64,000 nt of DNA from Oopsacas minuta (Eukaryota > Animalia > Porifera): contig JAKMXF010000099.1 of the NCBI GenBank assembly GCA_024704765.1, forward strand, positions 129,556 through 193,555, read 5' to 3'. Under the pieces are notes generated by a model. The model ran no database searches. It had not been told where the DNA came from and saw only the letters and a program-made list of their open reading frames with translations. Below, one piece after another: positions 51,670 to 64,000 of the stretch. Position 1 is the first letter of the stretch. Each line of letters begins with the position of its first letter. Both the position numbers and the translations under genes were made by a program.

Positions 51670-52170
51670 GACTAGGAATTATTATGGATATCGGCAATTC
51701 CGAAATAAATTGAAAATATAGATGTCAGAAATTCCCAAAAATATAGCAATTCTAAGAAAATAGATAATATAAGAAAATTCCCAGATATTTAATGATATTT
51801 TTCAGATATTTTCAGATATACTTCCAATATTTTGGGAGGTTGTTCGATATCCTTCGATATCCTACAGTATTTTAGCTATTTTTACAGATATCAGAGTTAT
51901 CGAAATTAACGATATCGGATATTCCCTAAATAAAATATCGCTAAATTTGTTGAAAATTTGCAAAATATTAATAATATCGAAAATATGAAAATATGTAGAA
52001 ATATCGAAAAATATCCAAAACATTTGAAAATATAAATAAATATCGAAATTATCAGAAAATTTTGGAATTTATCGAGAATAATCGGAAAACATCGAGATAT
52101 ATCAATGAATAAGGGCGAAATTTCCGAAATTTCCGGATATATTTTTAGGAATTTGCGATATTTATTCCAA
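51670..52170. repeat. Degenerate AT-rich repeat tract (GATAT/AATATCG motifs), probably a MITE body
   Basis: Repeated ATATCG/CGATAT/GATATTTT motifs in both orientations. Termini not resolved. Confidence 0.5.
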
Positions 52171-52593
52171 AATATGTGGTGCACAAGTCCTCTCGTGTCC
52201 ACTAGGTTCCGCCATTGATCATAAGCTTGATAGCAGAAAAGATAAATATTGTTATTGACACACAATCAACTCAACTCGAACAATTACCACAGGGAACATG
52301 ATTTCGCGTTGTTTCAAGTGTTCCAATGATATTGCGAAAGATTTCTCTACTGGGTCTTTTCCATCGCCAGGCCAGCATTCCATCTCTAAATCATTCAGCT
52401 GTAGCATAAATATAATAATCTTCTCTCGAAGCGATCATGGTCACAAGTCCTATCGATGTATAAGAAATGAGAAAACTGAATTAGAAAGCCAAGAACAAAC
52501 AAGTTATGAAGACTATCTAGTACGATCTATAACTGTTTAAGCTAAGTATTTACAAATTCTGGTACTGTAGTAATATCAAGTGAGTATATATCG

Positions 52594-52710
52594 CATGGAC
52601 AGAGTTGTGGATTTGATTTGAATTTGAATTTGGATTTGGATTTGGATTTGGATTTGGATTTGGATTTGGATTTGAATTCAATATGAATCAAGTACACCAC
52701 TCTGTGCATG
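52594..52710. repeat. (GGATTT)n hexamer tract bounded by short inverted repeats (small MITE)
   Basis: CATGGACAGAGTTGTG ... (GGATTT/GAATTT)x~11 ... CACCACTCTGTGCATG. Confidence 0.75.
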
Positions 52711-53899
52711 GATACATATATTTTGAGCTAGTAAATAATATATTTTTGAAAAACAGATTTCTTGTAAATATGAGCATTAGATGGTGAGGAAATGTAAGAA
52801 AAGCGTCACCAAATGGTATGTCACACTGAATTCCGTATATAAAGTGAATAACCTACATTCCCCTACCAAAAGTAAGCTTCCAGCCAAAACTCCAATTGAA
52901 AGTAGCATTTTGCTAGATTTCATAATCTGAAGAATTTTGTTAACATTGTATAAGATATTGCAATCTTGATTTGAGAATCGTATTTATGTATCCAAATGAA
53001 CTATTGAGGAAGCTTTCTACTCAATTAGAGATTAATAATCTGAACTTAGGACAGATATAAAAACTGAAAAATAATATAAGTAGTTCAGGTAATTGGATAC
53101 AAAACAAATCAACCATTATAAACTTATAGGTAGTTAAAGAACTGATAGGGGGTTTAAACTACACCTATGCAGACGAATATTGCAGGGCCATTATGAAATT
53201 GCAGGCAAAATTCGTTAATATTGAAAAATGTACATACCCTCATAATCTGCAAACCATCCATTGATTTGTTACTCTAATACCTGTTTACCTACATATTTAT
53301 CTGTTGTCGTAAGGTAAAACCTAAATATTTACATTAACCATTCAAAAATTGTGGGGGCGGCACAGCCCAGACCCCTCAGGTTTTACTCCTATGGGCTATA
53401 TAGCTATCAAAGGACTGCCCAAGGCGGCTGTGCTGAGGGTTTGGAGATAGGGAATTCAAAACATTTGAAAAAATACAAAAATCACTGTAATTTAAAATAT
53501 ACGAATGTCGCCCTGTTCTGTGACTCCACATAGGTTTCGAATTGGTCCAGTATTCCACTAATTAAAATGTTACGACAGGAATTCAACTTACAACCTGTAT
53601 ACCTTTGTGTAAAGAGTACAGTTATATAAGTAAACTAATATATCATTAATTACTAACGAATTGTATCTATTCGAACAGATAGAGGAGGTATAAATTGTCC
53701 TGCTATTGGGCCGCCAAGATGGCATAAGTCAGGACTGTGAACCAAGACACTTTCAAATAAATAGGGTGAAAGTTAGACAAAATAAAACAATTTATCCTTT
53801 GTATGTAACATCAGGATAATTCCGAGTAAACCCACAGTTACATATAATCTGCAGGTCCTCAGGTGGTCTATGACGCCAATAGCTGTAGTCAAGACAAAG

Positions 53900-56300
53900 A
53901 ACTTTTTCAGATTACCATACTGGAAGACTTGGTATCCAAAACGAAGCACTCGGGTTTGCCTAATCATTGGTTAGTTTGGTCTTCTGATGATAATTCCTTT
54001 AATTTACTCAAACCTTCTATAACGAATACAGTTTGATTGCAATTAAATGCTTGTTAACTATTATTACCGAAACATTACATACTATGGGTTTCTACGATGG
54101 TATACGCATTCCTCTTTCTCTCACTCAGATAAATGATATTCGTCAACTTAACGATTTGCTTAAAGAAATTGAAAACCATTCTGCCCCTACTAATTCTCCT
54201 GAAACATTCCAACACCATGTCAGAGAGCAATCGGAAGCATTCGTAAAGCTATTGACTCCCTTTCAACTGGAGAAGAATCTGGAAACCAACAGCCTCTATT
54301 ATCAAGTCTTCAGTTTATTCTATGCCAATTGGATGACGCTTTGATCGCGAAAACTATGAAGCGATACAACATCGAAACTCTTGTCTTGTCTCTCAATGCC
54401 AGCTTATCTCGCCAGTTTGTTATAGATACCTTCAATCCCTGGACTGTCTATAATTGCCGCACCTTTCTACTCTAAAGCGCTTATATTCCAATTTTGGTTT
54501 GGATTCTGACTTTACCAACTATCTCAAACAATCAGTCACTCAGTTTAACAAATGGGAACGAAATGTAGTGATTTATATGGATAAAATTCATTGAAAATCC
54601 ACATTTACATACAAAGGAGGTAAGATAATTGGATCTTCTTTGAATCCTACTGATCCTGTAAAAACCGTTTTGCCTTCATGATATCAAGTTGTCCAAACGA
54701 TGGTCCAGTATTGTCCATTTACTGCCCTGTTCTAGCTCATTTGCTGAGGTACTCTTTCCTATCATCAAAGATGTTATTCGTGATGTTGAAGCATGTGGAC
54801 TCTCTGTACACGTTTTATGTACTGATAATTACACGATGAACGTTAACATTTTCAAAGTATTTTCTCCCAGCCGACTTCTAGAGCATATTGTTCCTCACCC
54901 TACTGACTCAAACTGGTCATTGTTTTTGCTTTTTGACTTCGTTCATATAATCAAATCGATACGTAATAACTTGCTAAACCAAATAGATTATGATAAAACA
55001 TTCACTAATCCAGATTTTGAGAACATACAAGTTGCGAGCTCTGCAGTTTTCGAAGAAATTCGCAAATTATATAAAAGTGACCAACACTCTGTTGCTAAAT
55101 TAGCTCCAAGATTAACCTCTGAAGCTTATTGGCCTTCCCCTTTAGAACGAAAAAATGTTTCTTTAGCTTTAAGGATATTTGGTGAATCTACAGCCGCTGC
55201 ATTAAATGTTAGCTACCAATCGCGATATCACACTTCTATAAATTCACAGACTGTAGACTTTACTGCCATTATTTGTAATGTTTGGAAGATATTCAGCATC
55301 AATACTCCAAACAAGGGTATCCTTCACCAAGATGAATTTTCAGTTCCACTTACCTACAATGATACCAGATTTATGTTCCTTCAACGTGTAGTTGATTGGG
55401 CTGAATGTTGGCTAGTCATGCCTGACAAAAGAGGTAAATTAAGTCCTCAAATCTTTACAAATTTCCGTCACTCTTGTATGCACTCCGTGCATTGTAAACC
55501 ATCTGACTGGAAATTGTGGCTATTCGTACGTCCTTTCTTCGTTCTTTCAAAATGATCCACTTGAGCATCATTTTGGCTTGTATAGGATGATGTCAGGAGC
55601 ACAATACCACATTAGCTATTGCCAGGTCCTTGAAACAGAACGGAGAATAAAGTTGTCCTGCATACTCAAATTATTTTCGAAAAAGCCTGTAGAAGATAGC
55701 ATATCACTTAAGAACTTCTTAGAATCGTGCTCATCCTCTTGTGACCAAGACTCCCATGCGTCTTTCAGCTTGGAGATGTATCTCTCGGCGATTCAGGGAT
55801 ATTCAGGGCTAGAATTAAACAAGCAAATACTCCAATCACTCTCCTTATAGCAGGCTACTCAGTGCATGCCTATTATAAACATTCTACTAAATGTCAATCA
55901 TGTCTCTTATTCCCCACTGAAAACAAAGAAATTGAAATTGAAGGACCTTCAGATTCTGAATATCGATTAATTCAGATAATCGACCGAGGCTCACTAAAAT
56001 GGCCAAGTAGTGATATTATAGACGTAATTATTACGCTATGGAAAGTATTCTCTTCTATCGAGAGTCAACCAAGCATATTCAATAACTTTATAACCGGTCC
56101 TTCTAGAAGTATCCTGATAGAGTTAACAACAAGTCTTATAGAAGATGAACAAGCTGAAGTATGGAGAGTGATGTGTGACGAATGTGGTACACTCATGTGG
56201 GATGTATTAGCTAAACTATTTACCGCTACTTAAAACTGTCTTGAATTCCCAGCTACCCTTGAAACCGTGTGTCGAAAATACTCGAAAATTAAAGAAATTG
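53900..56300 (+). pseudogene. P-element/THAP9/Galileo-like transposase pseudogene in malectin intron 1
   Basis: YKGGKIIG, FDFVHIIKSIRNN, LERKNVSLALRIF, QNDPLEHHFGLYRMMSG, C..C...DRGSLKWPS and a C-terminal CDECG. Multiple frameshifts. Termini not identified. Confidence 0.8.
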
Positions 56301-56639
56301 AAGCCTAATTAACTTATCACATACCACTTTCATATACGTATCTTTTATTATTTTGTACTATTATCAGGCACTCACTATTTGAAATATGCTTAGTATTAAA
56401 CCCAATAATATTTTCTCTCATTAGATCACATTTTAGTTAATTTTCTCTAACTATAACATTTACTGTAAAATAAGGACTTAAATGCATCTATGGTCTTCAA
56501 AATCGCTTAAGAACAATTTTTTAAGTTCACGATTTGGGTGAATACCATCAAATACATGATTATTTGAAATAAAATTTAATAGACTTAAACGACATTCATG
56601 GTCCAAAAAGTCGCACTAGTGAACAGCCTTATTATAACG

Positions 56640-57465
56640 TAGGTCACGGTTCATGCTATTCTGGCCAAGTATCTGGGTATGTCCAAGATTTGCTCACTTT
56701 GGATCCCACATTTGTTGAATCAGACACAGAAGAAGACCCGGGTGAGAATTGCGAAAACAACCGCCTTGAAAAGTACGACCAATGTGATGAGAGGCGAATA
56801 TTTGAAATATGTACCCGTGATGAGACGTGGATACGATATTCAGAGCCAACTCGTAAAGAACAGAACAAGGTATGGATTGTAAAAGGGAATTCTCTACCAA
56901 GACCGGATCCTTGGGCCACCAATGTAATGCAGACCATATTTTTCGATGCACATGGTCCAGTCTGCTAAATCTGTACTCCTAACTTGCAAACAGTTACTGG
57001 GGCACTTTTATGCAACAGTTGATCTTCCGGAAATCGAAAAACATTATGTTGAGCGTCGGCCAGCCACGGGTCTTGGAGGAATCAAAATTTTGCATGATAA
57101 TGCCAAACCGCATAAATCTAAGGAAGTCAAGGAAAAGATTACTCCTAGAGGTCTTGAGGAGTTGGAACATCCATCCTATAGCCCCGACCTCGCATCGTGC
57201 GACTTTTGGCTGTTCGATGGGCTCAAAAAGCACCAAGCAGGTACAGTTATTGGAGAACGGATGCAAATTGGAAGGCCATCCAACGGTACCTCGGAGACAT
57301 ACAACAAGAAGAGTATAAGAAAACATTTTTCAAGTAGATAAAGCGTTTTTACTTGTAGTTGAGCACAGGGGAAACTACTTTGAACATTTATAGTCCAATT
57401 TGAGGCTTATCTCACTTATATAATACAATTATTCTAAGAGTTACGAATTAACTGAATACCCTTTG
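56640..57465 (+). mobile_element. 5'-truncated mariner (DD34D)
   Basis: CTRDETWIRY, ILHDNAKPH and HPSYSPDLASCDFWLF. Right TIR ...AACTGAATACCCTTTG|TA. Confidence 0.88.
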
Positions 57466-58244
57466 TAGTATGCGCGAATACTATACATCAGTATTTTGGC
57501 AGTAGCTTGAGTGCCTATAAAAGTGAATTTTTTGGTGCAGTTTTGGATATCCAATTTTTCTTAAAGTGTCTTAAAGTGCCTGCACTGCGAAGCCCAAATT
57601 CCAATTCCAAAACATTGAGTCTTTTTTATATGGCATCCACCATATACATCCCTCTGGGGCACTTTTATATGCTAATTTTGGGTGCCGGTGCTGGCAGTCA
57701 AATCTTTCTTTATTTACCAGCCTCGGAACCCTAAGTTTGTTCACTAACTATTGGTTCCAATTACATAATCGTGATAAATATGGACGAAAGAGTAGATTTC
57801 ACTATTTATAGGTGTTCACCCGTGTTTTCATCTACGTTCTCATGACCATATGCCTAAAATGAATTATTATTCATTTTATACCCCGAGACTATATACTGGA
57901 CTTCCAATTGAACCTGGGCCTAGTATCGATAAATGTCCAACATTAGTTAGGTGCTGTCATGTGTTTGTATGTATTGATAATTCAAAGATTATTCTTCATA
58001 ATCTATTTACCTCGGCTAAAGAGTATGTAACATATTCACAGAAGAAAATTCGAATATCTTAAGCCTAATAGCTCCAATTTGTTAGTGGACGCGTACCAAT
58101 CTATATATTTTGTGTTATATATCAGCTAATGAGCTTGAGGTTATATGTCTTTATTTCATAATTTGTGTTTAGAATTTGAAACATGGACATCCTTTTATTC
58201 TATTTTGGAACCTATTAAAATTAATATACTACTGCTTACAAATA

Positions 58245-59600
58245 GTGCCGGCGCTAGAAGGAGGCCAGGGGTCTTGAGTCCCACTGATATTGATGGATCA
58301 CAGCTTCTCAATTACCACTGATCGTCAATATTCAAAAAATACCGTACAGACTGTCGGAGCAAGTCTTTGTAGTATCGCTTCCAATTATATTCTTCTCTTA
58401 TTACAATTTCCAGCCTATATATATATATGAACAGCCATTCCCAAATTACTTTTTATAGTTATTTGAATTCAAATGTTCTCTATACTTATGATCACTATTT
58501 AGCTTGTACAATGTATATTAGTATTTTTCTTTACCATTCCATTATTTATACAAAGTTTGCCCAGCTAGGCTCTTTGCACTATGGGTTAAATATAACTACA
58601 CTGCCTGACTGAATGTATTTGAATGCTCTACCACAATTGACACCTTGGACAAATTTTATTCCACCTTAGTTGTATATGCTAAAGACTATTTCAAAAAATT
58701 TTGAACATAAATAGATCATTTACAACGAATGACAAAAAAGCTTTGTTCTACTTTCTGTTATATCCATAGACTATTTCATGACCGACACAGCTAAAGGACT
58801 GGCTGACGATTCTATTAACCCGACCTTGAGAGTTACCACAAGATTAAATTTAGCACGATGTCCAGGTTATTTCAGAAGAAGTGGTTTCACACTCGAAAAT
58901 GGGTTGAGTACTGGTTAGCCTCGGAATCCGCCTTCTATTAATTTTGCCGAGCTTTCAGCCATGCTGTTTCCCGAAGCAACCAGTGGACCAAGTTAGAGTC
59001 GCTAACTGGAAGAAAAATAGGACTCTAAGCTCACGAAACCGCAAGTTTCCTCTGCTGAAAATCAATAGCAAGCAGACCGGCACCTATGCGGCCATAGTGT
59101 TGCCCATCTCTCCGAAAGAAATATTCAAAATCGCTATTATATTCAAACAGTCCCGCACGTTATCACTATATCCGCTGTACATGAATTAACACTTCATGGT
59201 TACAGGTATGGGCGGATTCTTGATTATGATTGCGAAGTCTTAGACTAATATTTCAACTGTGGGAACACGAACAGAGGGAAATTCTTATGAAACCTTGGTT
59301 CGTATTTTATGCATGACACAATCGTGAGGAAGAAGCTTCATGGCCAGCAGACTGCATAGTATCTGCATCATAGTATTCGGGAATATTTGCTTTGCATACT
59401 CGCCCAATCGTTTCGCGATTACTTCCTCGAGACACTCACACAGACTATATTTTGCTGTTTTATGTGAGGAAACAATGGACTGTGGAAGGGAAGAGCAATT
59501 GTCAGGGTGTATCAGATATATGGTAGAAGGAATACTCATTTAATTAGGGGAGATAATCTGGATGCACAATCGGCAATGATCAGGCTATAGTTATAGCAAC
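58245..59600 (+). mobile_element. hAT remnant
   Basis: hAT-like end TAGTGCCGGCGCTAG (~58243) and transposase fragment YFAVLCEETMDCGREEQLSGCIRY. Boundaries approximate. Confidence 0.6.
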
Positions 59601-60375
59601 TTTACCAAAAGCCCCTGCGTGACAATTTTGGTTTGTTGATAATTCTTCTTTGTAAACCTATAAATATATCAATACTGGTTTCAAATTTAGAATTGATCCT
59701 TGTTTTGATCTATTAATCGAACCAAATTTCCCACTGCGGTATACCAAAGGAAGTTTGAAGTTTGGGATAATTTCTTTCATCATTTTCTTACCCAATATGC
59801 GTTCTTTCTTTAAATCGATGTTGATATACCTATATAATTAGCCTGAATGTGAACACATTAGTTGCTTTCTCATGAATTTCGACTCGATTCTAGAATCATA
59901 TTCATTTGGAATTATGGAGAAGATTATTTTCAGATATTTTATCTTCAGGATATTTCCTTTTTCTATCCACTGCCATATTTCTGCACGATTTACATAAGTC
60001 CTTGGCGTAGCAACCATTCAATTAAAGCACACTAGTTCTTTTCTTAAATTGTCATGTGTACTCAATTTAACAAATCTTTTTATCAATTCATAATCCAGAT
60101 TTATTTATTGTAAATCATAGAATTCTCAGTATAACTACCCTAGTTTTCGATATTTCTAATTTGACTATTATTGTTTTGTCTACCTTTGGTATTTGAATCA
60201 TCTACCCAATATACGTTACTATCCAATTAATGCTTGGGACCTTGTTTACTAAAATCATTTATGATTTGCTTAACTATTGAATTGCAAATTTTGATATTAT
60301 CCAGATAATTTCTCTGAAGTTTAATACTTTCTAATTTCAGTTTGTATCAAGAAATACTTATTAATATCATTGTAG

Positions 60376-60555
60376 GTCTTTGATGTGCGTTTTAATGGTC
60401 ATACAGTTGTTATAAAAGATCTGGATATATTTGCTAAAGTTGGGAAAGCAACTGCACATGATGAGTACGTCCCATTTGAGTTAAAAAATAGTCAATTATA
60501 TATCAGGGATGAAAGTTTTCTTTTTGATGGAATTCTATCAGTGGAATTTGTCAAG
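60376..60555 (+). CDS. MLEC: Malectin exon 2 (60 codons, phase 0-0)
   Basis: [45 protein letters not shown]...LSVEFVK|GTAATG. Confidence 0.95.
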
Positions 60556-63373
60556 GTAATGTACTTTTCCCCAATGTTTTTCCAATATATACAGCGTTTA
60601 CTTACTTCAAAGTCTATATTAAGATATATGCCCAACTGGCGCTAATCTTGGTTGGCACATGCCCGCCAGATTCTTTGTATCATATTGTATTGTATTGGTT
60701 CAGAGTTTTTCGCATTGTTTATTATTACACTGGCTATTCTAACTCATTAAGATATATACATACTCTTTATCTGTGGTTCTCCAATTGTGTGCTTCTAAGC
60801 ATTGTTAATGTTAAATGGCCCCACAATAATTCACTCGCTTATAATCGATCTGATTAAATGCTTTATCTATTCTTTGTTATTTCATAAAAATGTTTTTTTA
60901 TTCCCATACATAATGATATATTCTGATACTGGATTAGTCCTATTCTCTTGCGTCCTCCAGTTATGAAATAGTTAAATTTATTTGGTCGAGTAATTAGCAA
61001 TAATGAACGTGTTTGCATATTTGTACAATTGGCATCTATAATTTCCGACGTAATTACTCTGTACGCATGAAAATTAACTCATGTGACGAAATTATGATGT
61101 CATTGTCAGCTTTTGGATTTTCGAAAAATCACATTATTATCCACGCTAAGCGAATGTAAATGTTAGAGGTTTGAAATTTCAACAACAGGAACCCCTAATG
61201 TGCCAAATTCCATACATCACGATTTTAACCAATACAAATCATTTTCATCATGTAATTGTTATGTTGGCTAGTTTAATTATATTTCAAGAAATTTCTTCAC
61301 GAACTATGGTTATATCATCCACAATTTAGTGGTGGTTGCATTTGCCAATTACTAAGTACATTTCAATTAACAAACCGTAGTAGCAACTAGGGCTGTATAT
61401 ACTGCGAAAATATTTGAAGTCCCTAGCCCGAAATTTGAGACTGCCAAAGGTAATTCAGCAATTGCGATGCTAATAGAAAGTCTATGTAAACCATGAATTA
61501 TTCGAGCCTATATTTAATCATCATACCCTATTCAATACACCTGCTTAAGTTCTTAAAAATTATGTATATAACTAATATAGCATATTTTCTCATGGATCCT
61601 CTTGCAGTTGTGTCTTAACATTTGCTTTAGTGCCAATTTCAAATCTCTGTTCTATTTTTATCATTTTCTTCAAATTCTTCAACTTTAAAGTCCTAAAATT
61701 TGGAAGTTATTGGTAGCGAACTACTTAAAAGCTTTTATATGATAGTGTAATATTACCACTATATGTAAACCCTCAAATCTGATAGGTTAATTCATTTTAA
61801 CACCTATCTTAGAAAGTTTTTGAGATATTACATTGATCTTGGAACTTGTTCCTGGATAAATCAAATTCAAGACACATTCCAAATTTCAAGTCTCTCGATC
61901 ATACCAGTTCCTTAATCAATCCCGAAAAAATTACAAATTACACACAAGATATGACGATTTTAGAGCGCTATTTTATTTCTTAAAACCCGAGGATGTCCTC
62001 ATGACAATGTTGGTCGAGGTCATAGCATTGGCTAGAATTTATATCTCTACTTATTGTTCACACCCTTTGAAGGTTACGTCATTTCTAGGTAAGTAAATTG
62101 ACCAATTTTAGCATGACCAAACTTGACCAAACGTGACCAATCACCACCAGCCCTGATCAAACTTGAAGATTCAATTCTTCTTGATTGTTCTGAGTTAGAT
62201 CAAATTACAGGTATATTTATGTAATGCAGTAATTGTAGATGTGGATATAACCCTTATCAAGAACAAAATCCCAAGCCCCTACATCTAGTTATTATTTTGA
62301 TTTTGGGAACAATTGTTTCTCTGATGATAATAATATACAGTCTTTATATTGTTTCAACAGTTTTATATTTGATCAACTTCAAGTTACCTCACAATTACAA
62401 ATTTTACGGACATCTCTTCACATGTTAGTAGTTGTTTACGATGTTATTTAATCCATTAACCCTATTTGTTAACCAACTGATACAGGACAATCTTGGATAT
62501 GTATGCCCATTCTTGCTGACCACACTTTCTTGACAGGACTTAGTTCTTATTACAAGGGTAGGCGTCAGGATGAGGCTCACCCACCCTCTTCCCATCTTTG
62601 TATCCGCCCATGCTATATTTCATTGTTCTTAACCTTAGACTTACGAATTCTCATACAGTAGTAGTTACCGACAATGTTCATAAAATTTGCTCTTATTTAC
62701 AACCCCTAATTCAATGGTTTAGATCTGAAATTGTCACTTTCTTTGATTAAGATCAACCAGTAATGTATGACCGATCGGATTCCATAGTGCATTTCGTAAC
62801 TTTCTAATCCTTAGCACTATTTTCTTCCGGATTCTTCCTCGATTTGACTTCGATGTTGTGGCTATAGACTATCCAGTTATGTTGGGACTTGGCTTGATAT
62901 TTCCTTCACCTCCTCATTTTGTAGTGTATTTACAGGTTTAGCAATTTTTGAGTGCCTTCCTCTAGTAGTTGAGGTACAAAATTTGGTAGAGTGGGATTGA
63001 GGCTAATCGTTTGTCGATTATGGTACCTGGGGCTCCGTAGCTGTAATTGTGCTTGTTTCTCTTTGTATCCTTAATTGAATATAACTCCGAAAAGTTGTAC
63101 AAATCCAGGAAAAGAATAATTATTTGTACTAAGCGAAGTAGGTCATGTCACAATTTCTTACAATTCCACGAGTATAAGATTTGATTGTACAGTGAATCTT
63201 TACTCCACGGGTTCTACCTTATCGAATTTTGCAATGTCCCAAGTTTACCTCGTATTCGTTCCAGAAGTAGTGTAAATTTGAGAGAATATATTTGCTCGAA
63301 TGTAAATTGATGAGACTCTCATATTTCAACGATGAAGTCTAATACTTGGACTTATCATGTATTTTTTATTTAG

Positions 63374-63431
63374 GGATGGTTGGACAATCCGAAGGTCAAC
63401 GGGATTGTACTTTTCAAGGGTACTATTGACG
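63374..63431 (+). CDS. MLEC: Malectin exon 3 (58 nt, phase 0-1)
   Basis: TTTTAG|GGA: GWLDNPKVNGIVLFKGTID-G|GTCAGT. Matches the malectin GYYDNPKV motif. Confidence 0.88.
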
Positions 63432-64000
63432 GTCAGTTTTTGTAACATTACTGTTTCCCCATTCCTATAATTTTGCTGTTGATCTGCATTCCGATTATGT
63501 TTGTTGTCCTTATGTACATAACCAAATTCTTCTTTTTGACTGTCTCATACTAATATTTGGGTTCATTTTTAAAATTCTTTAGAAATTTGTGGAATTATAT
63601 AATTGAAGGGATACTTGCCTAATTGTGTTGATGTATACTATTGTACAGTTGTTCACCATTATTCAATATCGGAATGTTTTATTCTCAGTTTGCCTGAAAT
63701 TTACCTTTCTAGATCTTTGCATATTTATTTTATTTCAAGTTTTGAAATTGGTATAGCGTTGTTGCATAGATTAATGAGGGACGTAGAATATTGAGGCACT
63801 GCATACATAGACCATGGATGAATATCTATTGTAGAATCTTGAGGCACGGTAACAGAAGTAGAAACTATATACAGAATATGTAGTTATCATTAAGCGGTTT
63901 ATTTGTAGTATTGACGTAATAATGATTTGACACATTTGTGACCAAGATAGCTTTCTCGAATTCGCATATAAATTGCAAATAATTTTCAAATAACAATAAA

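Noticed and set aside
52608-52680. Interstitial telomeric repeat
   Set aside because: The unit is GGATTT rather than TTAGGG, and it is enclosed by MITE-like inverted repeats.
63432-64000. Final malectin exon (acidic stretch + transmembrane helix), including ORF 63603-63794
   Set aside because: The phase-1 acceptors I tried give no malectin-like C-terminus. The exon probably lies beyond the window.

Overview
AT-rich eukaryotic (probably animal) DNA made almost entirely of transposable elements. I cannot identify the species from the sequence. The only recognisable host gene is malectin (+): exons 45723-46103, 60376-60555 and 63374-63431, with the last exon(s) probably beyond the window. Its first intron is 14.3 kb and full of TEs. 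The rest is nested DNA transposons (pogo/Tigger, mariner, Tc1, DD37E, several hAT, PIF/Harbinger, Chapaev3, P-like, NOF/MULE-like), MITEs and decayed LINE fragments. The most notable signal is a cluster of RAG1-like/Transib-type transposons. Two are full length (8443-11815 + and 12368-15642 -), lie tail-to-tail 552 bp apart, end in the exact RSS heptamer CACAGTG and have perfect 5-bp TSDs. Each encodes one ~720-codon transposase, now disrupted, with an NBD-like helix, the RAG1 catalytic and zinc core and a C-terminal CxxCxxxGHx5C tail, but neither carries RAG2. The two diverged copies share asymmetric 5' and 3' end motifs, two CRE palindromes at fixed distance from the 3' end and a gap-free promoter block, and they differ by a 56-nt intron. 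A third divergent RAG1-like remnant (~43790-45110) and an orphan heptamer end (24644) are also present. All family calls come from motifs read by eye; no database searches were run.
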